Source: an uncultured Verrucomicrobiae bacterium (lineage in GTDB: Bacteria; Verrucomicrobiota; Verrucomicrobiia; Opitutales; JABDGR01). Taken from it: a stretch of 64,000 bases of DNA. Numbering within the stretch: the stretch's first letter is position 1; every line of letters begins with the position of its first letter. The stretch spans positions 1 to 64,000 of the forward strand of contig CAVXVB010000009.1 in assembly GCA_963765205.1 (NCBI GenBank), given 5' to 3'. Of the stretch, positions 1-11,600 are shown one piece after another. Below the pieces are notes generated by a model that had not been told where the DNA came from, did no database searches, and saw only the letters and a list, made by a program, of their open reading frames with translations. The position numbers were made by a program, and so were the translations under genes.

Positions 1-125
1 CATTGTGATTGGGTTGGTCAAGCAGGTCCGGTACGACGGCAAGAGTGGAAACGTCACCGTCAGCTTCAAATCCACCGGGATCAAGTACCTTCGCGGCCTT
101 GCGCACGCCGAGGATCACAACCATG
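1..125 (+). CDS. 3' fragment of a large serine recombinase (partial)
   Basis: LVKQVRYDGKSGNVTVSFKSTGIKYL resembles the C-terminal tail of ICE/prophage large serine recombinases and is followed by the usual partner gene. Only the tail is visible. Confidence 0.4.
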
Positions 126-537
126 AGGATACATCTTCACAAATGTCCGCAGTGCCCGCTGACGGCCCGCCATCCGCGCGGCCGCGAGCCGCCCGCGCCG
201 CAACGACGCGCCGCCGCCCAGTACCGGGAAGTCGCCGCGCCTGACACAGGTGCTGGCGCAGGCGCTCCAATTCGAAGAGATGGTGCGGAGTCGAGGAGGT
301 GAAGGACTTTGCCGGCCTGGCGCGGCTTGGATGTCGTCGCGGGCGCGGATCAGCCAGGTAGTGAAACTCGCGTGGCTGGCTCCGGACATCCAGCAAGAAA
401 TCCTCGGCTTGCCGCGCTCTTCGGCAGGCCGATTTTCCATAAGCGAAGTGGCCGCGCGTCGGATTGCGGTGGAACCGACCTGGCGCGCACAAGGCGTACT
501 CTGGGCCAAGCTCAAGGAAGAAAAGCACTTAGGATAG
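123..537 (+). CDS. recombinase-associated hypothetical protein (frameshifted)
   Basis: LAQALQFEEMVRS...SRARISQVVKLAWLAPDIQQEIL motif typical of small HTH proteins encoded downstream of serine recombinases. The 5' part is broken by indels. Confidence 0.45.
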
Positions 538-796
538 ACCCTGGCGATGCCGTAATTCCTCCGGAATTCACAGAGAATTTCTTGTCAAGCACAAAATTCT
601 TAGTTGGATCAATGTCTTGCGCCGCGATTGTCTTCTCCTTTTCTTCGCCATGATATGCTCCTGGAATACGCAGCGGCATAAATAGCATTACGACGGGCTC
701 CGTAAGCCCGGCCTTGTCGCCTGTTGATCGCGGCAGGGTCGTATGCGCTGGCGAGTTGGGAGGGAGAGCCCGAATCAATTCGACCGGAGTGCGCGT

Positions 797-920
797 ATGC
801 CATACAATCCCAAATCGGTCCTTCGGCAAGTGCCGAACGGCATCCTCAAGAAGTACTTCTCCCGCCACGACGAATTGCAGCATTCGACTGGGCGGCAATC
901 AAGGAAACCAGAATCGATCC
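797..920 (+). CDS. N-terminal fragment of a mobile-element hypothetical protein
   Basis: MPYNPKSVLRQVPNGILKKYFSRHDELQ / FDWAAIKETRIDP across one frameshift. Coding signal is lost after ~920. Confidence 0.3.
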
Positions 921-2202
921 TCGGCAGGCGCGCGCCCGCATCGACGCGGCCGACGGCGACCTCGCGAATACGCAACTGTTCGCGAGTCGGATTCTGGAGC
1001 TGCTGCGGGGCATCGATTTCCGCCGAGAAAACCCAGTGAAACGGCGGAGAAGGTCGCCCTTGGCGAGGTCACACGGTTGACGCTTCAGGTCCTTCTGGGT
1101 GAGTTCCGGACTCGCGCACAGATCAAGTTGGACGTGAAGCCCGTCCCGTTCGTCGATGGTCTGCATGGGCCTGCTCGCCGTCAAGGAAGATCCCCAACCT
1201 CTCATTCCGACCTCTACGCCCTAACCACGAGACCTCTCCATCCGCACCCAGTCGATCGAGGATGCCGCGTACAGCCGCGCAGAACGGCATCGACCTGATC
1301 AGCAACAACTGGATCTTCTAACCCGACGGTTGGGCGGAGGTGCGGATGTCTACTTCAGCTACGACTGGCCGAAGGAGCTCGATACAGAACCCGTACCAGG
1401 TCGACCTCGACGTCGGAAGGCGCCGCTCGGGGAGCACCATCGACCGCGCCGAGGCCGCAAAGACGATGACCCAGGTCAGCGGTCCCTACTGGTACACGGG
1501 CGGCGACGTCAGCCCGGTGCCGCTGCCTGGGCGGCGACCTCCTCACGCCGAATACCAGGCCGCGAACAACGGCGATCAGGTGAGCACCGCGGTCCCCGCT
1601 GCCTGGACCAGGACAGGGAGGTGAGCCAGATCCCGCTCGACCCCACCCCAAGGACGACGGGACACCGCGACGCAGCCGGCGAGAACTGTCCGAGCCCGCT
1701 CCTCAACCCCAGCGACACCATCATCGCCATGATCTGCAGCCCGAGCAGCACCGAGGCCGAGCCGGTGCTCGCCAGCTTCAGCCTGACGGCGGGATCGGTC
1801 CCCTCTACCTACGTGGTCACCGGCACCATGGCGGCGTCGCCGTCGGGTCCCGAGCGGCGACCACCTTCCTCTACCTCTGCCCCCTCGTCATCGGCGGGCA
1901 ACTGGCTACTTCCAGCTCGGCACATTCCGGGGTTAAGATGGGGCCTTTTCCACGCCGACCATGGTCACCACGGACCTTGATCTCACGCCACTCGGCCCCG
2001 TCTGGGCGGCCAGTTAGGGGCGGACCAGGGGGCCTGTTGGGACAGGAACGGGCCTCCGGCGAAGGAGAAGGTGCTGGGGCTTCGGCTTCAAGATTGTAGC
2101 GGGGCGAGTGAAGCAACCGCATATCTCGAGGTGTGTCTTCTTCGTAACCGGCCGTCAACGATTGCCCCGCATTGGGTCATGTCTCTCGCTTGCGGCGGCC
2201 GG

Positions 2203-4187
2203 CTATCCGGTGAGGCCGCGGGGTCCGGACGGCTCCGGGCGCCGAAGACGGGCCCGCAGCCGTCCGCGAGCCCGCCCGGGCGTGCCGCGACCGCCGAGGC
2301 CGGCGCCGACCGCACCATGGCGGCGACGGAGCGGGACGGGGTGGCGGCACCGGGCCAAGCCCGTCCTGCGGTGCCGGGCGACGAGGATGCCCTGCAGGTC
2401 GGCGACGGGATCGATGAGGGCAGCCATCTCCCCAGCATCCATCGTCTCCACCTCGAGGAGCCGCTCGGCAAGCCGGTCGAGCTGGTCGCGCCGCTTCACG
2501 AGGATCTCCCGCGCCTGGCGCAGCGCCGAGTCGAGGAGGCGGTCGACCTCGGCATCCACGCGGCGGTGCAACTCCTCGGAGTGCGAGGCGCCGAGGGCCC
2601 CGTCCTCGACCACGCGCACGCCCAGGCCGGACATGCCGAACTGCGTGACCATCTGGCGGGCCAGCTGTGTCGCGGCGAGCAGGTCGTCGCTGCCGCCCGT
2701 CGTGATGTCGCCGGCCCCGAGAATGATCTCCTCGGCCGCATGCCCTTCGAGAAGACCGGTGAGGCGGTCGGCGAGCTGGGACCTCGAGGTGAGGACCTGG
2801 TCGTCCCCGGGCACGGCGAGGGTCGCAGCCAGCGACCGGCCGCGGCCGATGATGCCGATCCTGTGGACGGGGTCGGCCTGCGGCAGCGAGGTGAGGACGC
2901 GGGCGTGGCCGATCTCGTGGTAGGCGATGATCCGCCGTTCTCGCAGGCTGATCAGCCGTCCCTTGCGCTCGGGGCCGGCGAGCACGCGGTCGACGGCCAT
3001 CTCCAGGTGCCGCGGCTCGATGGCCGGGCAGCGCTCGCGTGCCGCCAGCAGCGCCGCTTCGTTCACCAGGCTGGCCAGGTCGGCGCCGGTGAAACCCGGC
3101 GTCCGCCGGGCCACCAGGTCGAGGTCGGCGTCGCCGTCGAGAGGCTTGCCCCGGGCGTGGACGGCCAGGATGGCGGCGCGCCCCGCCACGTCGGGCGGGT
3201 CGAGGTTCACCCACGGTCGAACCGCCCCGGGCGCAGCAGGGCCTCGTCCAGCACGTCGGGCCGGTTGGTCGCCCCAATGACGACGATCCTCTGCTCCTGG
3301 TCGAACCCGTCCATCTCGACGAGCAGCTGGTTCAGCGTCTCTCGCCGCTCATCCTGCCCGTGGTTGTAGCCGGCATCGCCGCGGCGGCGCCCCACGGCGT
3401 CGATCTCATCGACGAAGACAATGCATGGCGCCGACTTCCGGGCCTGGGCGAAGATGCGGCGGACCCTCGACGCCCCCACGCCGACGAACATCTCCACGAA
3501 CTCGGACCCGGAGACGGCGATGAAGGCACAGTCGGCCTCCCCTGCCACTGCGCGTGCCATCAGGGTCTTGCCGGTGCCCGGCGCCCCGGCGAGGAGGATG
3601 CCTTGGGGACGCGGGCGCCGAGGTCGCGGACTGCCCGGGGTCGCGAAGGAATCGACGGCTCCCCATCTCCAACTTCACCTCGTCGCCGGCGACATCGCTG
3701 AAGCGGGTGGGCGGCCGGTCGCGGACGGCAACGGCGCGGGAACCGGAGCGCAGCAGTGACATGGGTCCCCCGGCACCCTGGCGCCAGTAGAGGATGACGA
3801 TGACCGCGACGATGATCAGGGTCGGGACGATGACCAGGGCCAGGGTGCTCGCCGGGATGCCGGTGTCCGCCGTGAAGTTCGCGTAGTCGTGGGCTGCGAA
3901 GACGCTGACGGCGACGGACTGGTCCGTGATCGCCGTGCGGGTACCATCTCCGGCGCCGTTCCACCAGATGACCTGGCCGCTGCTGACGACGGCGGCATGG
4001 CGGGGGTTGTGGAGATCTGCAGGGCCGGGCCGCCGCTCCCCCGCTGCATGTCGATGACCGCCTGCGACAGGGTGCCCAGGCCCGCCTGCGGCGGCTGCGG
4101 CTGCCGCACGGCGATCACCAATCCGGCCAGCGCCGCCATGAGGGCGACCCACAGCACCAGCAAGATGAGCAGCCTGCGGGTGGACAT
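2203..4187 (-). CDS. ftsH: FtsH-like ATP-dependent zinc metalloprotease (multiple frameshifts)
   Basis: Two N-terminal TM segments, Walker A ([18 protein letters not shown] across frames), Walker [32 protein letters not shown] and HEIGH zinc motif, spread over ORFs 3816-4190, 3406-4230, 3207-3560 and 2203-3210. Confidence 0.85.
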
Positions 4188-4327
4188 CACCCCCGCCTAC
4201 GCCCCCGCGCCATGCTCGTGCCGCGTCCATGCAGGCATGACACGATTGCCTCCCCTCCGAGTCCTTCGCTTCTGACCGGCACTATAGCCCGCGGGCCGGA
4301 GGGCCGCCAGATGCGGCGGGCCGGGCG

Positions 4328-5111
4328 TCAGGGAACGATCAGCGACTCGATGCCCGGGGTCGCCACCGTCGTGCCCCTGCTGGTGATCGCCAGGGCCTCG
4401 TATGCGTCGATCCCGGCGACCCACGCCGCCCCGGCGTCGCCCATGACGAAGGCGGCCGTGGCGTAGGCATCGGCGTATGTGAGGCTGGGTCCGACCACGG
4501 TCATGCTCGAGCAGACCCGAGGCCGCCCCACCGAGGCGAGGGTCGGCGATGTGCCGGCCACGCTCGGCGCCGCTCGTCGCCACCGCCAGGTCCTTCACTC
4601 CCAGCACGACGGCGACACGGTCGGCCACCTCGGGGTGGCGCACCCCGACGCGCCATGCCTCTCCGGGGCCGGGTTCGCCGCGCACCAGCAGGTCGCCCCC
4701 CGCGTTGATCGCGAAGTTCCGGGCCCCGGCGGTCATCAGCAGCGCGGCGGCCCGCTCCACCGACCATCCTTTGACCAGCGCCGAGGGGTCGATGGCCCCG
4801 CCGTGCCGGACGTCGAAGCTTCCACCGCTCGAGCTGCCGCACCTCCTCGCACAGACCGAGGACTTCGCGGACCTCGCGCCGGCACTCGCTCTCGTGGGCT
4901 CCCGCGCGAGAGACGGCTCAATCTCACTGTCGCGCGGTAGGTGCTGGAAGACGGCGTCCACCTCGTGGAACCAGGCGAAGACGGAATCGGCGGCCGAGGC
5001 GGGCACGGCAGCATCGCGCAGGGTCGAGGGTATCGACGTTTCGATGCAGCGGTTCCACCCTGACGCGGCGTGCCGGGGCACCCACCGCGACCGGCTCGGT
5101 GGTCGAGGCAT
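4328..5111 (-). CDS. apbE: FAD:protein FMN transferase (ApbE family), frameshifted
   Basis: IDPSALVKGWSVERAA, INAGGDL, WRVGVRHP, AVATSG and SMTVVGPSLTYADAYATAAFVMG motifs. Confidence 0.85.
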
Positions 5112-5618
5112 GAGCCAGGTCCAGCGCCGACTGGACGGACTGGGCGTAGCCCTCGCTGGTGTACGGGCCCGCTGATGAGGTTGATCCTGGCGCTCCGCCT
5201 GCAGCACCCGGTGCGCAGCTCCGGTACCACGATGCTGCTGATGTAGGCGGACTGGGCGTGCGCCGTGGGTAATGCAGGGCCTTGACGTCGGTGATCTGCC
5301 GCCGGAGACGACATCTGCACCTGGACGCTGCCGAAGGGGTTGGAGACGGAGGATCCGGTGAAGGTGCCGTTCTCGAGCCCGCTGGAGTTGGGGGTCGCCG
5401 TGGGCGTCGGAGTGGCAAGCCGGCGTGGGCGAAGCCGCCGCCGGAGGGAAGGCGCCCCGAGGTGTGGCGGACGGCGCCGGGGTGGCGGCCGACGCCGACG
5501 GCGTGGGTGCTGCGACGGCCGGGAAGCAGCGACACGGACAAGGGGGGGTGCGGAAGCTGACCAGCAGCATCAGCGCGGCGGCGGTGGCGGCGAGGGTGAC
5601 GGCGGCGCGATAGGGCAC
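5100..5618 (-). CDS. membrane-anchored FMN-binding domain protein, frameshifted
   Basis: GTG start with GAGGT upstream, signal/TM segment, Pro/Ala linker, then NGTFTGSSVSNPFGSVQV...ITDVKAL...ISG..YTSEGYAQSVQSALD (flavinylation-site region). The 3' end is approximate. Confidence 0.75.
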
Positions 5619-5628
5619 GTGGAGGACC

Positions 5629-5674
5629 TCAGGTCGAGAGGAACGCGAAGCGTTCGCTGTGGATCTGCCGGGTT
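5629..5674 (-). CDS. C-terminal stub of a ferric reductase/ferredoxin reductase-like oxidoreductase, truncated at the junction
   Basis: The minus strand reads TRQIHSERFAFLST*. IHSERF is a typical C-terminus of FNR-like proteins that precede FMN-binding/apbE genes. Confidence 0.5.
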
Positions 5675-8600
5675 CGGTATCCTGACCCTCACCGGCAGCA
5701 CCTCGGGCCTGACGGGCAACATCGTGGACACCACGAACCTGGTGTTTGCGCAGAGCGCGAACATGCGTTCAACGGGACGATCTCCGGTTCCGGCAACGTG
5801 AGCCAGAACGGGAGCGCGAATCTGACCCTGGCGGGGGCCAACACTTACGGCGGCCTGACGACGATCAACAGTGGCACGCTGACCCTGACGGGCAGCAGGC
5901 GGATTGACGGGCAACCTCGTGGATGTGACGAACCTGGTGTTTGCGCAGAGCGCGAACAGCGCGTTCAACGGGACGATTTCGGGTTCCGGCAACGTGAGCC
6001 AGAACGGCAGCGCGAACCTGACCTTGGCGGGGGCCAATACTTACGGCGGTCTGACCACGATCAACAGCGGCACGTTGACGCTCACTGGCGACACTTCCGG
6101 TTTGACGGCAACCTCGTGGACGTGACGAACCTGGTCTTCGCCCAAACGGCGGCCAGCGTGTTTAACGGGACGATTTCGGGCGCGGGCAACGTGAGCCAGA
6201 ATGGGAGCGCAAACCTGACGCTGGCCGGTGCGAACACTTACGGCGGCCTGACGACGGTCAACAGCGGGACGCTAACGTTGACGGGCGACACCTCGGGCCT
6301 GACGGGCAACCTCGTGGACGTGACGAACCTGGTCTTCGCCCAAACGGCGGCCAGCGTGTTTAACGGGACGATTTCGGGCGCGGGCAACGTGAGCCAGAAT
6401 GGGAGCGCAAACCTGACGCTGGCCGGTGCGAACACTTACGGCGGCCTGACGACGGTCAACAGCGGCACGTTGACGTTGACGGGTGACACCTCGGGTCTGA
6501 CGGGCAACATCACCGACAGTTCCTACCTGGTTTTCGCGCAGAGCGCGAACAGCGTGTTCAATGGGACGATCTCCGGTTCCGGCAACGTGACGCAAAACGG
6601 GAGCGCGAACCTGACTTTGGCGGGGGCCAACACTTACGGCGGCCTGACGACGGTCAACAGTGGCACGCTGACCCTGACGGGCGACACCTCGGGCCTGACG
6701 GGCAACATCACCGACAGTTCCTACCTGGTTTTCGCGCAGACGGCGGCCAGCGTGTTCAATGGGACGATTTCGGGTTCCGGCAACGTGAGCCAGAACGGCA
6801 GCGCGAACCTGACGCTGGCGGGCGCGAATACTTATGGTGGTTTGACGACGATCAACAGTGGCACGCTGACCCTGACGGGCAGCACGAGCGGATTGACGGG
6901 CAACCTCGTGGATGCCACGAACCTGGTGTTTGCGCAGAGCGCGAACAGCGCGTTCAACGGGACGATCTCCGGTTCCGGCAACGTGAGCCAGAACGGCAGC
7001 GCGAATCTGACGCTGGCCGGGGCCAACACTTACGGCGGTCTGACCACGATCAACAGCGGCACGTTGACGCTCACTGGCGACACTTCCGGTTTGACGGGCA
7101 ACCTCGTGGACACCACGAACCTGGTCTTTGCCCAGAGCGCGAACAGCGCGTTCAACGGGACGATTTCGGGCGCGGGCAACGTGAGCCAGAACGGCAGCGC
7201 GAACCTGACCTTGGCGGGCGCGAACACCTATGGCGGCCTGACGACGGTCAACAGCGGGACGCTAACGTTGACGGGTGACACTTCCGGCCTGACCGGCAAC
7301 ATCGTGGACGTGACGAACCTGGTGTTCGCGCAGAGCGCGAACAGCGCGTTCAACGGGACGATTTCGGGCGCGGGCAACGTGAGCCAGAATGGGAGCGCAA
7401 ATCTGACGCTGGCGGGCGCGAATACTTATGGCGGTCTGACCACGATCAACAGCGGCACGTTGACGCTCACTGGCGACACCTCGGGCCTGACGGGCAACAT
7501 CACCGACAGTTCCTACCTGGTTTTCGCGCAGACGGCGGCCAGCGTGTTCAACGGGACGATCTCCGGTTCCGGCAACGTGACGCAAAACGGGAGCGCGAAC
7601 CTGACCCTGGCGGGGGCCAACACCTATGGCGGCACGACCACCGTCAATAGCGGGACGCTAACGTTGACGGGCGACACCTCGGGCCTGACGGGCAACATCA
7701 CCGACAGTTCCTACCTGGTTTTCGCGCAGACGGCGGCCAGCGTGTTCAATGGGACGATTTCGGGTTCCGGCAACGTGACGCAAAACGGCAGCGCGAATCT
7801 GATGCTGGCCGGGGCCAACACTTACGGCGGTCTGACCATGATCAACAGCGGGACGCTAACGTTGACGGGCGACACCTCGGGCCTGACGGGCAACATCACC
7901 GACAGTTCCTACCTGGTTTTCGCGCAGACGGCGGCCAGCGTGTTCAACGGGACGATCTCCGGTTCCGGCAACGTGACGCAAAACGGCAGCGCGAATCTGA
8001 TGCTGGCCGGGGCCAACACTTACGGCGGTCTGACCATGATCAACAGCGGGACGCTAACGTTGACGGGCGACACCTCGGGCCTGACGGGCAACATCACCGA
8101 CAGTTCCTACCTGGTTTTCGCGCAGACGGCGGCCAGCGTGTTCAACGGGACGATCTCCGGTTCCGGCAACGTGAGCCAGAACGGCAGCGCGAACCTGACC
8201 TTGGCGGGGGCCAATACTTACGGCGGTCTGACCACGATCAACAGCGGCACGTTGACGCTCACTGGCGACACTTCCGGTTTGACGGGCAACCTGGTGGACG
8301 TGACGAACCTGGTGTTCGCGCAGAGCGCGAACAGTGCGTTCAACGGGACGATTTCCGGTTCCGGCAACGTGACGCAAGCCGGGAGCGCAAATCTGACGCT
8401 GGCCGGTGCGAACACTTACGGCGGCCTGACGACGGTCAACAGCGGGACGCTAACGTTGACGGGCGACACCTCGGGCCTGACGGGCAACCTCGTGGACGTG
8501 ACGAACCTGGTCTTCGCCCAAACGGCGGCCAGCGTGTTTAACGGGACGATTTCGGGCGCGGGCAACGTGAGCCAGAATGGGAGCGCAAACCTGACGCTGG

Positions 8601-11600
8601 CCGGTGCGAACACTTACGGCGGCCTGACGACGGTCAACAGCGGCACGTTGACGTTGACGGGTGACACCTCGGGTCTGACGGGCAACATCACCGACAGTTC
8701 CTACCTGGTTTTCGCGCAGAGCGCGAACAGCGTGTTCAATGGGACGATCTCCGGTTCCGGCAACGTGACGCAAAACGGGAGCGCGAACCTGACTTTGGCG
8801 GGGGCCAACACTTACGGCGGCCTGACGACGGTCAACAGTGGCACGCTGACCCTGACGGGCGACACCTCGGGCCTGACGGGCAACATCACCGACAGTTCCT
8901 ACCTGGTTTTCGCGCAGACGGCGGCCAGCGTGTTCAATGGGACGATTTCGGGTTCCGGCAACGTGAGCCAGAACGGCAGCGCGAACCTGACGCTGGCGGG
9001 CGCGAATACTTATGGTGGTTTGACGACGATCAACAGTGGCACGCTGACCCTGACGGGCAGCACGAGCGGATTGACGGGCAACCTCGTGGATGTGACGAAC
9101 CTGGTGTTTGCGCAGAGCGCGAACAGCGCGTTCAACGGGACGATCTCCGGTTCCGGCAACGTGAGCCAGAACGGCAGCGCGAATCTGACGCTGGCCGGGG
9201 CCAACACTTACGGCGGTCTGACCACCGTCAATAGCGGGACGCTAACGTTGACGGGCGACACCTCGGGCCTGACGGGCAACCTCGTGGACACCACGAACCT
9301 GGTCTTTGCCCAGAGCGCGAACAGCGCGTTCAACGGGACGATTTCGGGCGCGGGCAACGTGAGCCAGAACGGCAGCGCGAACCTGACCTTGGCGGGCGCG
9401 AACACCTATGGCGGCCTGACGACGGTCAACAGCGGGACGCTAACGTTGACGGGTGACACTTCCGGCCTGACCGGCAACATCGTGGACGTGACGAACCTGG
9501 TGTTCGCGCAGAGCGCGAACAGCGCGTTCAACGGGACGATTTCGGGCGCGGGCAACGTGAGCCAGAATGGGAGCGCAAATCTGACGCTGGCGGGCGCGAA
9601 CACTTATGGCGGTCTGACCACGATCAACAGCGGCACGTTGACGCTCACTGGCGACACCTCGGGCCTGACGGGCAACATCACCGACAGTTCCTACCTGGTT
9701 TTCGCGCAGACGGCGGCCAGCGTGTTCAACGGGACGATCTCCGGTTCCGGCAACGTGACGCAAAACGGGAGCGCGAATCTGATCCTGGCGGGCGCGAACA
9801 CTTATGGCGGCACGACCACCGTCAATAGCGGGACGCTAACGTTGACGGGCGACACCTCGGGCCTGACGGGCAACATCACCGACAGTTCCTACCTGGTTTT
9901 CGCGCAGACGGCGGCCAGCGTGTTCAACGGGACGATCTCCGGTTCCGGCAACGTGACGCAAGCCGGGAGCGCGAACCTGACCCTGGCGGGGGCCAACACC
10001 TATGGCGGCACGACCACCGTCAATAGCGGGACGCTAACGTTGACGGGCGACACCTCGGGCCTGACGGGCAACATCACCGACAGTTCCTACCTGGTTTTCG
10101 CGCAGACGGCGGCCAGCGTGTTCAACGGGACGATCTCCGGTTCCGGCAACGTGACGCAAGCCGGGAGCGCGAACCTGACCCTGGCGGGGGCCAACACCTA
10201 TGGCGGCACGACCACCGTCAATAGCGGGACGCTAACGTTGACGGGCGACACCTCGGGCCTGACGGGCAACATCACCGACAGTTCCTACCTGGTTTTCGCG
10301 CAGACGGCGGCCAGCGTGTTCAACGGGACGATCTCCGGTTCCGGCAACGTGACGCAAGCCGGGAGCGCGAACCTGACCCTGGCGGGGGCCAACACCTATG
10401 GCGGCACGACCACCGTCAATAGCGGGACGCTAACGTTGACGGGCGACACCTCGGGCCTGACGGGCAACATCACCGACAGTTCCTACCTGGTTTTCGCGCA
10501 GACGGCGGCCAGCGTGTTCAACGGGACGATCTCCGGTTCCGGCAACGTGACGCAAAACGGGAGCGCGAACCTGACCCTGGCGGGGGCCAACACCTATGGC
10601 GGCACGACCACCGTCAATAGCGGGACGCTAACGTTGACGGGCGACACCTCGGGCCTGACGGGCAACATCACCGACAGTTCCTACCTGGTTTTCGCGCAGA
10701 CGGCGGCCAGCGTGTTCAACGGGACGATCTCCGGTTCCGGCAACGTGACGCAAAACGGCAGCGCGAATCTGATGCTGGCCGGGGCCAACACTTACGGCGG
10801 TCTGACCATGATCAACAGCGGGACGCTAACGTTGACGGGCGACACCTCGGGCCTGACGGGCAACATCACCGACAGTTCCTACCTGGTTTTCGCGCAGACG
10901 GCGGCCAGCGTGTTCAACGGGACGATCTCCGGTTCCGGCAACGTGACGCAAAACGGGAGCGCGAACCTGACCCTGGCGGGGGCCAACACCTATGGCGGCA
11001 CGACCACCGTCAATAGCGGGACGCTAACGTTGACGGGCGACACCTCGGGCCTGACGGGCAACATCACCGACAGTTCCTACCTGGTTTTCGCGCAGACGGC
11101 GGCCAGCGTGTTCAATGGGACGATTTCGGGTTCCGGCAACGTGACGCAAAGCGGGAGCGCGAATCTGACGCTGGCGGGCGCGAATACTTATGGTGGTTTG
11201 ACGACGATCAACAGTGGCACGCTGACCCTGACGGGTGCCACCTCGGGCTTGACGGGCAACTTGGTGGACGTGACGAACCTGGTATTTGCGCAGAGCGCGA
11301 ACAGCGCGTTCAACGGGACGATCTCCGGTTCCGGCAACGTGACGCAAAGCGGGAGCGCGAATCTGACGCTGGCGGGCGCGAATACTTATGGTGGTTTGAC
11401 GACGGTCAACAGTGGGACGCTGACCCTGACGGGCAGCACGAGCGGATTGACGGGCAACCTCGTGGATGCCACGAACCTGGTTTTCGCGCAGAGCGCGAAC
11501 AGCGCGTTCAACGGGACGATCTCCGGTTCCGGCAACGTGACGCAAAGCGGGAGCGCAAACCTGACGCTGGCCGGTGCAAACACTTACGGCGGCCTGACGA

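Noticed and set aside
1080..2000. Possible secreted-protein fragments
   Set aside because: Too frameshifted and fragmentary to assign a product or boundaries.
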